A stretch of DNA of 64,000 nucleotides from Escherichia coli (lineage in GTDB: Bacteria > Pseudomonadota > Gammaproteobacteria > Enterobacterales > Enterobacteriaceae): the NCBI RefSeq assembly GCF_046105845.1, contig NZ_CP151004.1, one strand, 5' to 3'. The notes under the pieces were generated by a model. The model saw only the letters and a list, made by a program, of their open reading frames with translations, made no database searches and had not been told where the DNA came from. Positions 45,327 to 56,154 of this stretch are shown here, piece by piece (within the stretch, counting starts at the first letter, position 1; each line of letters starts with the position of its first letter). Both the position numbers and the translations under genes were made by a program.

Positions 45327-45386
45327 GCGAAGCGAGAGAACGTTGCGTCAGCAACGGCCCGCAGGGCGAGCCACGAAGTGGCGAGT

Positions 45387-45494
45387 AATCCTCTATCACC
45401 GACCAAATTCGAAAAGCCTGCTCAGCGAGCAGGCTTTTTTGCATTTGTAGCCTATGAGGATGAGAACCTCCGGGGGCAGGAAGGTTCGACTCGA
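45387..45494 (+). repeat. Direct repeat copy B (108 bp): second copy of the tRNA-Pro 3' end and terminator, 168 bp downstream of copy A
   Basis: aatcctctatcaccgaccaaattcgaaaagcctgctcagcgagcaggcttttttgca...ggttcgactcga duplicated; second terminator hairpin at 45412-45440. Confidence 0.85.
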
Positions 45495-45495
45495 C

Positions 45496-45583
45496 GTAGG
45501 CCTGATAAGACGCGCCAGCGTCGCTTCAGGCAACGGCACCGCACTTATTGTCGGATGCGGCGCGACCGCCTTATTCGACCTAT
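45496..45583. repeat. REP/BIME element (pair of inverted REP palindromes)
   Basis: gtaggcctgataagacgcgccagcgtcgcttcaggc ... gtcggatgcggcgcgaccgccttattcgacctaTaca. Confidence 0.75.
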
Positions 45584-46116
45584 ACACCATACATTTCCCT
45601 GCCAAATTTGCGCCCCATATCTCACTATCCATTAACGGATTTGTGACAGAAACCATTGCCTTTTTTTATATTTGCTTAAATCTTTTTTTGCGTTACTTAT
45701 GGCTGGCGCTGGCATTTTCCGCTGTGCGTTTTAGCGTTCATGGTATTAATCGCTCAGATATCCACCTTTTCCTCAGATTTTTTTCACTAAATGCATAAAA
45801 CTTAATCACCAATTGTTGCTAAATATTAAGCTGATTGTTCTGGTCATGTTGGAGTAGCACAAATTTCTCTGCTGCAAATAGCTGTTTGAAGTTTTTTTAA
45901 TCTTTGTTTGTGGATTCTCACCGTTGGTGTAAATCCCGGTTGGCTGTATTGACGTTTTCACATTCTGTTGACAGATTGTAGGTCACGAGGGGCATTTTAT
46001 GGAGGATCCGCACTGTTACACTGATGTTAATTAGTACGGCATCCCCACCTCATACGTTGACCCGACCGGGCAAAAAACAAAAAAGGTCAGGCAGCGACAA
46101 CCCACTGCAAAGGGTT

Positions 46117-46135
46117 AAAACAACAAACATCACAA
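46117..46135 (+). promoter_or_regulatory. C/A-rich element in the dppA leader, candidate GcvB sRNA target site
   Basis: aaaacaacaaacatcacaa immediately upstream of the GGAG Shine-Dalgarno; dppA is a known GcvB target. Confidence 0.5.
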
Positions 46136-46148
46136 TTGGAGCAGAATA

Positions 46149-47756
46149 ATGCGTATTTCCTTGAAAAAGTCAGGGATGCTGAAGCTTGGTCTCAGCCTGG
46201 TGGCTATGACCGTCGCAGCAAGTGTTCAGGCTAAAACTCTGGTTTATTGCTCAGAAGGATCTCCGGAAGGGTTTAACCCGCAGTTGTTTACCTCCGGTAC
46301 TACCTATGACGCCTCTTCCGTGCCGCTTTATAACCGCCTGGTTGAATTTAAAATCGGCACCACCGAAGTAATCCCGGGCCTCGCTGAAAAGTGGGAAGTC
46401 AGCGAAGACGGTAAAACCTATACCTTCCATCTGCGTAAAGGTGTGAAGTGGCACGACAACAAAGAATTCAAACCGACGCGCGAACTGAACGCCGACGACG
46501 TGGTGTTCTCGTTCGATCGTCAGAAAAACGCGCAAAACCCGTACCATAAAGTTTCTGGCGGCAGCTACGAATACTTTGAAGGCATGGGCTTGCCGGAGCT
46601 GATCAGCGAAGTGAAAAAGGTGGACGACAACACTGTTCAGTTTGTGCTGACTCGACCGGAAGCGCCGTTCCTCGCTGACCTGGCAATGGACTTCGCCTCT
46701 ATTCTGTCAAAAGAATATGCTGACGCGATGATGAAAGCCGGTACACCGGAAAAACTGGACCTCAACCCAATCGGCACCGGTCCGTTCCAGTTACAGCAGT
46801 ACCAAAAAGATTCCCGTATCCGCTACAAAGCGTTTGATGGCTACTGGGGCACCAAACCGCAGATCGATACGCTGGTTTTCTCTATTACCCCTGATGCTTC
46901 CGTGCGTTACGCGAAATTGCAGAAGAATGAATGCCAGGTGATGCCGTACCCGAACCCGGCAGATATCGCTCGCATGAAGCAGGATAAATCCATCAATCTG
47001 ATGGAAATGCCGGGGCTTAACGTCGGCTATCTTTCATATAACGTGCAGAAAAAACCACTTGATGACGTGAAAGTTCGCCAGGCTCTGACCTACGCGGTGA
47101 ACAAAGACGCTATCATCAAAGCGGTTTATCAGGGCGCGGGCGTGGCAGCGAAAAACCTGATCCCGCCAACCATGTGGGGCTATAACGACGACGTTCAGGA
47201 CTACACCTACGATCCCGAAAAAGCGAAAGCCTTGCTGAAAGAAGCGGGCCTGGAAAAAGGCTTCTCCATCGACCTGTGGGCAATGCCGGTACAACGTCCG
47301 TATAACCCGAATGCTCGCCGCATGGCAGAGATGATTCAGGCAGACTGGGCGAAAGTGGGCGTGCAGGCCAAAATTGTCACTTACGAATGGGGTGAGTATC
47401 TCAAGCGTGCGAAAGATGGCGAGCATCAGACGGTAATGATGGGCTGGACTGGCGACAACGGGGATCCGGATAACTTCTTCGCCACCCTGTTCAGCTGCGC
47501 CGCCTCTGAACAAGGCTCCAACTACTCAAAATGGTGCTACAAACCGTTTGAAGATCTGATTCAACCGGCGCGTGCTACCGACGACCATAACAAACGCGTT
47601 GAACTGTACAAGCAAGCGCAGGTGGTGATGCACGATCAGGCTCCGGCACTGATCATCGCTCACTCCACCGTGTTTGAACCGGTACGCAAAGAAGTTAAAG
47701 GCTATGTGGTTGATCCATTAGGCAAACATCACTTCGAAAACGTCTCTATCGAATAA
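46149..47756 (+). CDS. dppA: Dipeptide ABC transporter periplasmic binding protein
   Basis: 535-aa ORF MRISLKKSGMLKLGLSLVAMTVAASVQAKTLVYCSEGSPEGFNPQ... Confidence 0.97.
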   Translation: MRISLKKSGMLKLGLSLVAMTVAASVQAKTLVYCSEGSPEGFNPQLFTSGTTYDASSVPLYNRLVEFKIGTTEVIPGLAEKWEVSEDGKTYTFHLRKGVKWHDNKEFKPTRELNADDVVFSFDRQKNAQNPYHKVSGGSYEYFEGMGLPELISEVKKVDDNTVQFVLTRPEAPFLADLAMDFASILSKEYADAMMKAGTPEKLDLNPIGTGPFQLQQYQKDSRIRYKAFDGYWGTKPQIDTLVFSITPDASVRYAKLQKNECQVMPYPNPADIARMKQDKSINLMEMPGLNVGYLSYNVQKKPLDDVKVRQALTYAVNKDAIIKAVYQGAGVAAKNLIPPTMWGYNDDVQDYTYDPEKAKALLKEAGLEKGFSIDLWAMPVQRPYNPNARRMAEMIQADWAKVGVQAKIVTYEWGEYLKRAKDGEHQTVMMGWTGDNGDPDNFFATLFSCAASEQGSNYSKWCYKPFEDLIQPARATDDHNKRVELYKQAQVVMHDQAPALIIAHSTVFEPVRKEVKGYVVDPLGKHHFENVSIE

Positions 47757-47769
47757 TTAAAAGCCATAC

Positions 47770-47808
47770 CCGGTGGCGCTGTGCCTCTGCGTGCAGCGCC
47801 ATCCGGCA
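47770..47808. repeat. REP-like palindrome in the dppA-dppB intergenic region
   Basis: ggcgctg tgcctctgcgtg cagcgcc with flanking ccgg..ccgg; lies within the dpp operon. Confidence 0.6.
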
Positions 47809-47906
47809 GCAATACTTCATTCCCTGCCCGACCTGGGCGGGAATTGATTTGTGAGCAATACAGACACGCAGTTCCAGGCTGCGGGTCACTACAGAGAATC
47901 CGGGTT

Positions 47907-48926
47907 ATGTTGCAGTTTATTCTCCGACGTTTGGGACTCGTCATCCCCACGTTTATCGGTATTACCCTTCTCACATTTGCCTTTGTCCACATGATCCCGG
48001 GCGATCCGGTGATGATCATGGCGGGCGAACGTGGGATCTCCCCAGAGCGTCACGCGCAGCTGCTGGCTGAACTCGGCTTAGATAAACCGATGTGGCAGCA
48101 GTATCTCCATTACATTTGGGGCGTAATGCACGGCGATTTAGGCATTTCAATGAAAAGCCGCATCCCGGTTTGGGAAGAGTTCGTGCCGCGCTTTCAGGCC
48201 ACGCTGGAGCTTGGTGTCTGCGCGATGATTTTTGCGACTGCGGTCGGTATTCCGGTTGGTGTGCTGGCTGCGGTTAAACGCGGTTCTATTTTTGATCACA
48301 CAGCGGTTGGCCTGGCGCTGACAGGTTATTCAATGCCTATCTTCTGGTGGGGCATGATGCTGATCATGCTGGTTTCGGTGCACTGGAACCTGACGCCCGT
48401 CTCCGGTCGCGTGAGCGACATGGTGTTCCTCGATGATTCCAATCCGTTAACCGGTTTTATGCTAATCGACACCGCCATCTGGGGTGAAGACGGTAACTTT
48501 ATCGATGCCGTCGCCCATATGATCCTGCCCGCTATTGTGCTGGGTACGATACCGCTGGCGGTCATTGTGCGTATGACACGCTCCTCGATGCTGGAAGTGC
48601 TGGGTGAAGATTACATCCGCACCGCGCGCGCCAAAGGGTTGACCCGCCTTAGGGTGATTATCGTCCACGCGCTGCGTAACGCGATGCTGCCGGTGGTGAC
48701 CGTTATCGGCCTGCAGGTGGGAACATTGCTGGCGGGGGCGATTCTGACCGAAACCATCTTCTCGTGGCCCGGTCTGGGGCGCTGGTTGATTGACGCACTG
48801 CAACGCCGCGACTATCCGGTAGTGCAGGGCGGCGTATTGCTGGTGGCGACGATGATTATCCTCGTCAACCTGCTGGTCGATCTGCTGTACGGCGTGGTGA
48901 ACCCGCGTATTCGTCATAAGAAGTAA
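47907..48926 (+). CDS. dppB: Dipeptide ABC transporter permease (339 aa)
   Basis: ATG at 47907 gives MLQFILRRLGLVIPTFIGITLLTFAFVHMIPGDPV... Confidence 0.95.
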   Translation: MLQFILRRLGLVIPTFIGITLLTFAFVHMIPGDPVMIMAGERGISPERHAQLLAELGLDKPMWQQYLHYIWGVMHGDLGISMKSRIPVWEEFVPRFQATLELGVCAMIFATAVGIPVGVLAAVKRGSIFDHTAVGLALTGYSMPIFWWGMMLIMLVSVHWNLTPVSGRVSDMVFLDDSNPLTGFMLIDTAIWGEDGNFIDAVAHMILPAIVLGTIPLAVIVRMTRSSMLEVLGEDYIRTARAKGLTRLRVIIVHALRNAMLPVVTVIGLQVGTLLAGAILTETIFSWPGLGRWLIDALQRRDYPVVQGGVLLVATMIILVNLLVDLLYGVVNPRIRHKK

Positions 48927-48935
48927 GGGGACATC

Positions 48936-49838
48936 ATGTCACAGGTTACTGAAAATAAAGTGATTAGCGCACCGGTGCCGATGACCCCGTTACAGGAGTT
49001 CTGGCACTATTTTAAACGCAACAAAGGCGCGGTCGTCGGGCTGGTTTACGTCGTCATCGTGCTGTTTATCGCGATCTTTGCCAACTGGATTGCACCCTAT
49101 AACCCGGCGGAACAGTTCCGCGATGCACTGCTCGCCCCGCCAGCCTGGCAGGAAGGCGGCAGCATGGCGCACTTGCTGGGCACCGATGACGTAGGCCGTG
49201 ATGTGCTGTCGCGTCTGATGTACGGTGCGCGATTGTCACTGCTGGTTGGCTGTCTGGTAGTGGTGTTATCGCTGATTATGGGCGTTATTCTCGGCCTGAT
49301 CGCCGGTTACTTCGGCGGCCTGGTCGATAACATCATCATGCGCGTGGTCGATATCATGCTGGCGCTGCCAAGTCTGCTGTTGGCACTGGTGCTGGTGGCG
49401 ATTTTCGGCCCGTCGATTGGTAACGCCGCGCTGGCACTGACCTTCGTTGCCTTGCCGCACTATGTGCGCTTAACACGCGCCGCCGTGCTGGTGGAGGTGA
49501 ATCGCGATTACGTTACCGCGTCTCGCGTGGCGGGTGCCGGGGCGATGCGCCAGATGTTTATAAACATCTTCCCGAACTGCCTTGCGCCTCTGATTGTTCA
49601 GGCGTCGCTCGGTTTCTCTAACGCCATTCTCGATATGGCTGCTCTTGGTTTCCTCGGCATGGGGGCGCAGCCGCCAACGCCGGAGTGGGGCACCATGCTC
49701 TCCGACGTGTTGCAGTTCGCGCAAAGCGCCTGGTGGGTCGTGACCTTCCCGGGTCTGGCGATCCTGCTGACGGTGCTGGCATTTAACCTGATGGGTGACG
49801 GTCTGCGTGACGCGCTCGATCCCAAACTGAAGCAGTAA
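48936..49838 (+). CDS. dppC: Dipeptide ABC transporter permease
   Basis: 300-aa [34 protein letters not shown]... Confidence 0.95.
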   Translation: MSQVTENKVISAPVPMTPLQEFWHYFKRNKGAVVGLVYVVIVLFIAIFANWIAPYNPAEQFRDALLAPPAWQEGGSMAHLLGTDDVGRDVLSRLMYGARLSLLVGCLVVVLSLIMGVILGLIAGYFGGLVDNIIMRVVDIMLALPSLLLALVLVAIFGPSIGNAALALTFVALPHYVRLTRAAVLVEVNRDYVTASRVAGAGAMRQMFINIFPNCLAPLIVQASLGFSNAILDMAALGFLGMGAQPPTPEWGTMLSDVLQFAQSAWWVVTFPGLAILLTVLAFNLMGDGLRDALDPKLKQ

Positions 49839-49848
49839 GAGGTTCGAG

Positions 49849-50828
<980 letters not shown>

Positions 50829-50832
<4 letters not shown>

Positions 50833-51833
50833 GTACGCAAGAGGCCACCTCGCAACAACCGCTGTTGCAGGCTATCGACCTGAAAAAACATTATCCGGTG
50901 AAGAAAGGTATGTTCGCACCGGAACGTCTGGTGAAGGCGCTGGATGGCGTTTCGTTTAACCTTGAACGTGGCAAAACGCTGGCAGTAGTAGGTGAATCTG
51001 GCTGCGGTAAATCGACCCTCGGTCGGTTGCTGACGATGATCGAAATGCCCACCGGTGGTGAGCTGTATTACCAGGGGCAGGATCTGCTCAAGCACGATCC
51101 GCAGGCGCAGAAGTTGCGTCGGCAGAAAATCCAGATCGTCTTTCAGAATCCCTATGGTTCGCTAAATCCGCGTAAAAAAGTTGGGCAAATTCTTGAAGAG
51201 CCGCTGCTTATTAATACCAGCTTAAGCAAAGAACAGCGTCGGGAAAAAGCCCTGTCGATGATGGCGAAAGTCGGCCTGAAAACCGAGCATTACGACCGCT
51301 ATCCGCATATGTTCTCCGGCGGTCAGCGTCAGCGTATCGCCATTGCCCGTGGTCTGATGCTCGACCCGGATGTGGTGATTGCCGATGAGCCGGTCTCCGC
51401 GCTGGACGTTTCAGTGCGTGCGCAGGTGCTGAATCTGATGATGGATTTGCAGCAGGAGTTGGGGCTGTCTTATGTCTTTATCTCGCACGACCTGTCAGTG
51501 GTTGAGCACATTGCCGATGAAGTGATGGTGATGTACCTGGGCCGCTGCGTGGAGAAGGGAACGAAGGACCAAATCTTCAATAACCCGCGTCATCCGTACA
51601 CTCAGGCGCTACTCTCCGCGACGCCGCGCCTGAACCCGGACGATCGCCGCGAGCGCATCAAGCTCACCGGTGAACTGCCAAGCCCGCTCAATCCACCGCC
51701 GGGCTGCGCGTTTAACGCCCGCTGTCGTCGGCGCTTCGGCCCCTGCACCCAGTTGCAGCCGCAGCTAAAAGACTACGGCGGTCAACTGGTAGCTTGTTTT
51801 GCTGTTGATCAGGATGAAAATCCGCAGCGTTAA
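50829..51833 (+). CDS. dppF: Dipeptide ABC transporter ATP-binding protein
   Basis: 334-aa ORF with Walker [10 protein letters not shown] and signature FSGGQRQR; start overlaps the dppD stop. Confidence 0.95.
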
Positions 51834-51862
51834 CTCACAAAACCGGGGCCATGCGCTCCGGT

Positions 51863-53134
51863 TTACTCAATCAGCTTCAACAGTGGCGACAAGCATAACA
51901 AAATGCCGTACAGCAGAATCAGCCAGGCTTTAAACCCGCGAAGTTTTTCCAGTTGTGCGACTTTATAGATCAGGAAAAATGGAATGAGGCACGACACAAT
52001 GCCATATAACGGGCTTCCCAACTGAAAGAACACCAGCACCGATACACGAAACGAAACCCAAATCGTCAACGTAATGACGATAAAAGCGCAGATCGCCAGA
52101 GTCAGCACGCGTGAGTTAATTTTCTTGGTATCAATAATTCGGCTTAACAGATTGAGAATAATGCCTTTAATGGCCTCGTGGAAACCGAGATAAATGCCAA
52201 AGAATGCGGTCAGTACGGCAAAGATATTCAGCACCGTAGAGGTGATATGAATGATATGCCCAGGGATCACCTGCGCGGCCAGTGCCAGTGCCGAGATATT
52301 TTGTTCAAAGGCAGAAACGGCTTCTTCGTGGCTAATTGAGAAGGTAAACGAAAAGGCAAAAAACAGTATCACCGCGATGAGCGTGATATAACTAATTCGG
52401 TGGGTACGCAGCGCGAGCCGGGTTGCCAGTACTTTATCCGCTTCCCGTTTACGATAGGCAATATTCATTGGGTTAAGTACCTGAATAAATACTGCAGAAA
52501 AGAAGCAAAATGGAATGGTAAGCAGGACATCGCGGAAAAAGACGGAGGCTTGCGGGAAGGCGGTTATATTGGCGAAATTCCAGTGCGGGATCATCGCAAA
52601 ACCGAACACGACAATAATCCCTACTTTGACCACCACCATTGGCCCAGAAATCTTAAACAGTAATCGTTCACCACCAGACGCAATCGCCACCAGTACGGCG
52701 AAAATAGCGACTTTATAAAGTAGAGATTGTGAAAGATCGGCATCGGTTAAACCGAAGGTTTTCAGGTACGAGGCGCTGTCGAAAACCACGGAGAGAGAGT
52801 AGATAAAAATCCCGTGGATAATCATCAAAAAGTAGATAACCCCGAGGAAAATTCCCCAGTTCTTCCCCAGGTAATGACTGATAATATCGGTGTAGTCATT
52901 ACAGGAATCGCTTTCAGAAAGGGTTTTTAAATAAATGTCCTGCACTACCCAGGTGGCAGGATAAGCAATGATCGCTGCGGTAATAAATACCCAAATTCCC
53001 TTCAAGCCAATTTGTACTGGCATCAGCACGGTTCCGGCACCAATCGCCATGCCTATACATAATAAAACCCAGCCGAAGTCGTAGCGTGTAAACGGCAATT
53101 TCTGATCGTGTTTCGGTAGTGTGTTGTGCTGCAT
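51863..53134 (-). CDS. yhjV: Amino acid transporter family inner membrane protein YhjV (423 aa)
   Basis: ATG at 53132-53134 gives [36 protein letters not shown]... Confidence 0.85.
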   Translation of the reverse strand: MQHNTLPKHDQKLPFTRYDFGWVLLCIGMAIGAGTVLMPVQIGLKGIWVFITAAIIAYPATWVVQDIYLKTLSESDSCNDYTDIISHYLGKNWGIFLGVIYFLMIIHGIFIYSLSVVFDSASYLKTFGLTDADLSQSLLYKVAIFAVLVAIASGGERLLFKISGPMVVVKVGIIVVFGFAMIPHWNFANITAFPQASVFFRDVLLTIPFCFFSAVFIQVLNPMNIAYRKREADKVLATRLALRTHRISYITLIAVILFFAFSFTFSISHEEAVSAFEQNISALALAAQVIPGHIIHITSTVLNIFAVLTAFFGIYLGFHEAIKGIILNLLSRIIDTKKINSRVLTLAICAFIVITLTIWVSFRVSVLVFFQLGSPLYGIVSCLIPFFLIYKVAQLEKLRGFKAWLILLYGILLCLSPLLKLIE

Positions 53135-53492
53135 AAAGTCCTGTCCAGAAAGAAGTCGGCCTCGCAAAAATGAATAAACCCAGTTTCTCTTGCGCAACAG
53201 GTGGAGAAGTCGAATACGCAGTATGTAAAAAATGAGGCAACAGATTCACTGGGGAGGTCGCGAGGAGGCGCAATTCTACAAAATTGCGCATTTCACTACC
53301 AGTCTGGAGTCAGCCCGGATATGAACTGCAACTATTGCAAATAAAGAAATTAAGCTGGAAGGCATCACGCAATGAGGAAGATAGCCGGGTGCTGACAGTA
53401 AAAAGCAATCGTAAAATCAGCGGCAAGCCGGAAGGGTTCCGGTGAGGCGCAATGTTGCGGGGGCTTTATCCCTGGTGGCATTGGTTGCTGGA

Positions 53493-53561
53493 GAGAGAAA
53501 ACCCCCGCACGTTGCAGGTATGCACCTGACAACACCACGGGGGCTAATCTTGACTCTAGAC
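53493..53561 (-). ncRNA. Rdl-family antisense RNA (type I antitoxin), copy 1
   Basis: Minus strand reads gtctagagtcaagattagcccccgtggtgttgtcaggtgcatacctgcaacgtgcgggggttttctctctc, matching rdlD as remembered; ends are approximate. Confidence 0.45.
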
Positions 53562-53609
53562 CACTCAAGAATAGCCGCGAAACGTTGTCATTACAACACA
53601 GGCGGCTAT

Positions 53610-53717
53610 ATGACGCTCGCAGAGCTGGGCATGGCCTTCTGGCATGATTTAGCGGCTCCGGTCATTGCTGGCATTCTTGCCAGCATGATCGTGAACTGGC
53701 TGAATAAGCGGAAGTAA
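53610..53717 (+). CDS. Ldr-family type I toxin peptide (35 aa), copy 1
   Basis: MTLAELGMAFWHDLAAPVIAGILASMIVNWLNKRK, near-identical to K-12 LdrD as remembered; the 91-aa ORF-track entry is an upstream in-frame extension. Confidence 0.85.
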   Translation: MTLAELGMAFWHDLAAPVIAGILASMIVNWLNKRK

Positions 53718-53766
53718 CGTGTCAGACGGGCGTCAGGCTGCCGTAATGGCAATTTGCGTCCGGACC

Positions 53767-53798
53767 AGGCCGCAGGGATAAAACTCTGTGGCCTTTTT
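53767..53798 (+). terminator. Terminator hairpin of ldr copy 1
   Basis: ggccgcaggg ataaaa ctctgtggcc followed by ttttt. Confidence 0.6.
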
Positions 53799-53975
53799 CG
53801 TAAGAAAAATGCAACGGTTGCAAGCGGATAATATTCTGCGGAATGCGCAGCACAGAGTGAAGAAGTGATGGATTCCGGAACAGAAAAACAGTCGTAGAAT
53901 CAGCGGCAAGCCGGAAGGGTTCCGGTGAGGCGCAATGTTGCGGGGGCTTAATCCCTGGTGGCATTGGTTGCTGGA

Positions 53976-54045
53976 GAGAGAAAACCCCCGCACGTTGCAG
54001 GTATGCACCTGACAACATCACGGGGGCTAATCTTGAACCCAAACA
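53976..54045 (-). ncRNA. Rdl-family antisense RNA, copy 2
   Basis: Same sequence as copy 1 with a few substitutions; ends approximate. Confidence 0.4.
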
Positions 54046-54092
54046 ACTCAAGAATAGCCGCGAAACGTTGTCATTACAACTCAGGCGGCTAT

Positions 54093-54200
54093 ATGACGCT
54101 CGCAGAGCTGGGCATGGCCTTCTGGCATGATTTAGCGGCTCCGGTCATTGCTGGCATTCTTGCCAGTCTGATCGTGAACTGGCTGAATAAGCGGAAGTAA
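54093..54200 (+). CDS. Ldr-family type I toxin peptide (35 aa), copy 2
   Basis: MTLAELGMAFWHDLAAPVIAGILASLIVNWLNKRK (one M to L change versus copy 1). Confidence 0.85.
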   Translation: MTLAELGMAFWHDLAAPVIAGILASLIVNWLNKRK

Positions 54201-54250
54201 CGTGTCATGCGGGCGTCAGGCTGCCGTAATGGCAATTTGCGCCCGGACCA

Positions 54251-54282
54251 GGCCGCAGGGGTGAAACTCTGCGGCCTTTTTC
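54251..54282 (+). terminator. Terminator hairpin of ldr copy 2
   Basis: ggccgcagggg tgaaa ctctgcggcc followed by ttttt; 5 bp from the convergent bcsG stop. Confidence 0.6.
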
Positions 54283-54286
54283 GTGC

Positions 54287-55966
54287 TTACTGCGGGTAAG
54301 GCACCCAGTCGCCGCCGTTCAGGCGAACGTACGGTTTATCCTGGTATTGAATAACTACTGCATTTGAGTTCTCTGAGACCGGTGCTGTTTGTGGCAACCC
54401 ACTGGTGAGTTTTTTCCAGTCAACATTGTCTTCGGTGAAAATCTTGCCATCAAGAACGCGAACCACCAGATCGGAGATAGCCAGGAAGCTGCTCGGTTGG
54501 TCGATGACAATCGGTGCCCCCTGATGTGGTGCCTTCATGCCGAAGAATTTCACCCCAACGGGGACGTCTGTGATAGACGGGCTAGGGATATCACGTAGGC
54601 CAGATACCTGCATTCTGTCGCCCTTCAGCGCGCCGCCGTGTTCCGGCACCACGACCACCATCACTTTACGACCCGATTTCTCCAGTTCAGTAAAGAAGGC
54701 GTCCAGTTCATCAAAGAATTTCTGCGCCCGTGCTTTGTAATCCGCTGTTTTGCTGACGCCCGGATAATGGTTGCCGTCATGCAGTGGAAGCGTGTTGTAG
54801 AACGTGGCACTACGGCTGTTTTTATCTTTTTCGGTAACGTCCAGCCAGCGGTTAAGCACGGCGGTATCGTCATAAACCGGCGAACCATCAAAGCCCAGCA
54901 AAATAACCGGCAGATTTGTTTGATCCATCAATTCGGTCTGCATGCCGCCATTTTCGCGAACTTCTTTCAAAAAACCGCCGAACTGGCCGTTATGTCCCAT
55001 CATCAGGTGCTGGGTAAAGCCCAGTTTCGACAGGTTATCAAACAGATAGCAGTCGTTATTTGCCGGTTGATACAGATTAGTGTGCGAAGTCTGCCCGCAG
55101 CTGGCGCGCAGTAAACGGATCGCTGCCGGGCCACTGTAGGAGGTGGCGGAGTTAAAGTTCTTGAACTCAATATCGAAATGCGACCACAGCGGATGCGACA
55201 TTAACCCGGCGGCTTCAATATCCGACCAGGAAAGCGAACAGATATTAATCACCAGTAGTTCAAATGGCTGAGCATCAGCGGGCAGCGAAGACGGGAAGGT
55301 CGATTTACGTTTCGCCTCCGCGTTATAGAAATTATTCAGCCAGGCGTTAAGGTTCGCCGTTGTTGGCGGTGCAGTTTGTGCGGGCATATCACCCACTACC
55401 GGTGCGCCACCCGTCGCCGCAACGGTTGCCGCTGCGTTACCACCCGTCGTTGTTACAGTGGTCGTCGGTTGACCGGCTGGCCACAAGGAGAAACTTGGTC
55501 CCGCCAGGGTAAGTACGTTCAGCCATAGCAGAATGGCAACCACAAAAACGGTAATGCGAATCCATTGTGACAGGAATAACCAGGCCACTAATAAAACAAA
55601 AATGGCCCCAATCATCTGCCAGTTAATAAAGCGTGTGACAAGGTCGATTAAATAATCGGTACTGAACCCCGCCACCTGCGAACCCTGGCTCATTATGCTT
55701 TCCGGGCCAGGCAACCAGGTGTCATGCCATAACAAAGCAAAGCCGATCGGCAGGGCAATCCAGTGGCGTAAGCGATGCAGGCTGTAGCGCGGAATGGGCA
55801 TCAGCAGAAACGCGGCAAACACCAGATTGAGGAGCGGATGGAAGTTAAGATATCCCGCCCACAACAGGCCGAACTTAACCAGAAAATAGAAGTTCCAGCC
55901 GGAAAGGCCGCGCCAGTATTGCCAGAGGGAAGAAGGCATGGCGGTATTTTGCGTAAATTGAGTCAT
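54287..55966 (-). CDS. bcsG: Cellulose biosynthesis protein BcsG (phosphoethanolamine transferase for cellulose)
   Basis: 559-aa [36 protein letters not shown]... Confidence 0.9.
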
Positions 55967-56154
55967 TTTTTGGTTGCCCTGGCTTTTTCCGTGCGGCGTA
56001 ACGTCCCGGCCGGTTTAACATAACGAGGTTTAGCAAAGAACAAACGTAAGGTGTCGCGAATGCGTCGCAAAGAGTGCCGCGCCAGATAGCCCAGCGGGAA
56101 AAATATCAGTGCGCAAACGACAATAATTTCAATGATATCGCTGATGGTCATCAT
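55963..56154 (-). CDS. bcsF: Cellulose biosynthesis protein BcsF (small membrane protein)
   Basis: 63-aa [37 protein letters not shown]... Confidence 0.85.

Larger units (their letters stand above)
53400..53800 (+). repeat. Long direct repeat (LDR) unit, copy 1: Ldr toxin gene plus antisense Rdl RNA
   Basis: About 400 bp that repeats at 53883-54284 with a period of about 483 bp and a few percent divergence. Confidence 0.85.
53883..54284 (+). repeat. Long direct repeat (LDR) unit, copy 2
   Basis: Second copy of the Ldr/Rdl unit; ends at the bcsG stop region. Confidence 0.85.

Noticed and set aside
53365..54200. ORF-track entries of 91 and 80 aa on the plus strand and 67 and 109 aa on the minus strand across the LDR repeats
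   Set aside because: The plus-strand ORFs are in-frame upstream extensions of the 35-aa Ldr toxin. The minus-strand ORFs repeat with the LDR unit and overlap the Rdl antisense RNA region, so they are more likely non-coding.
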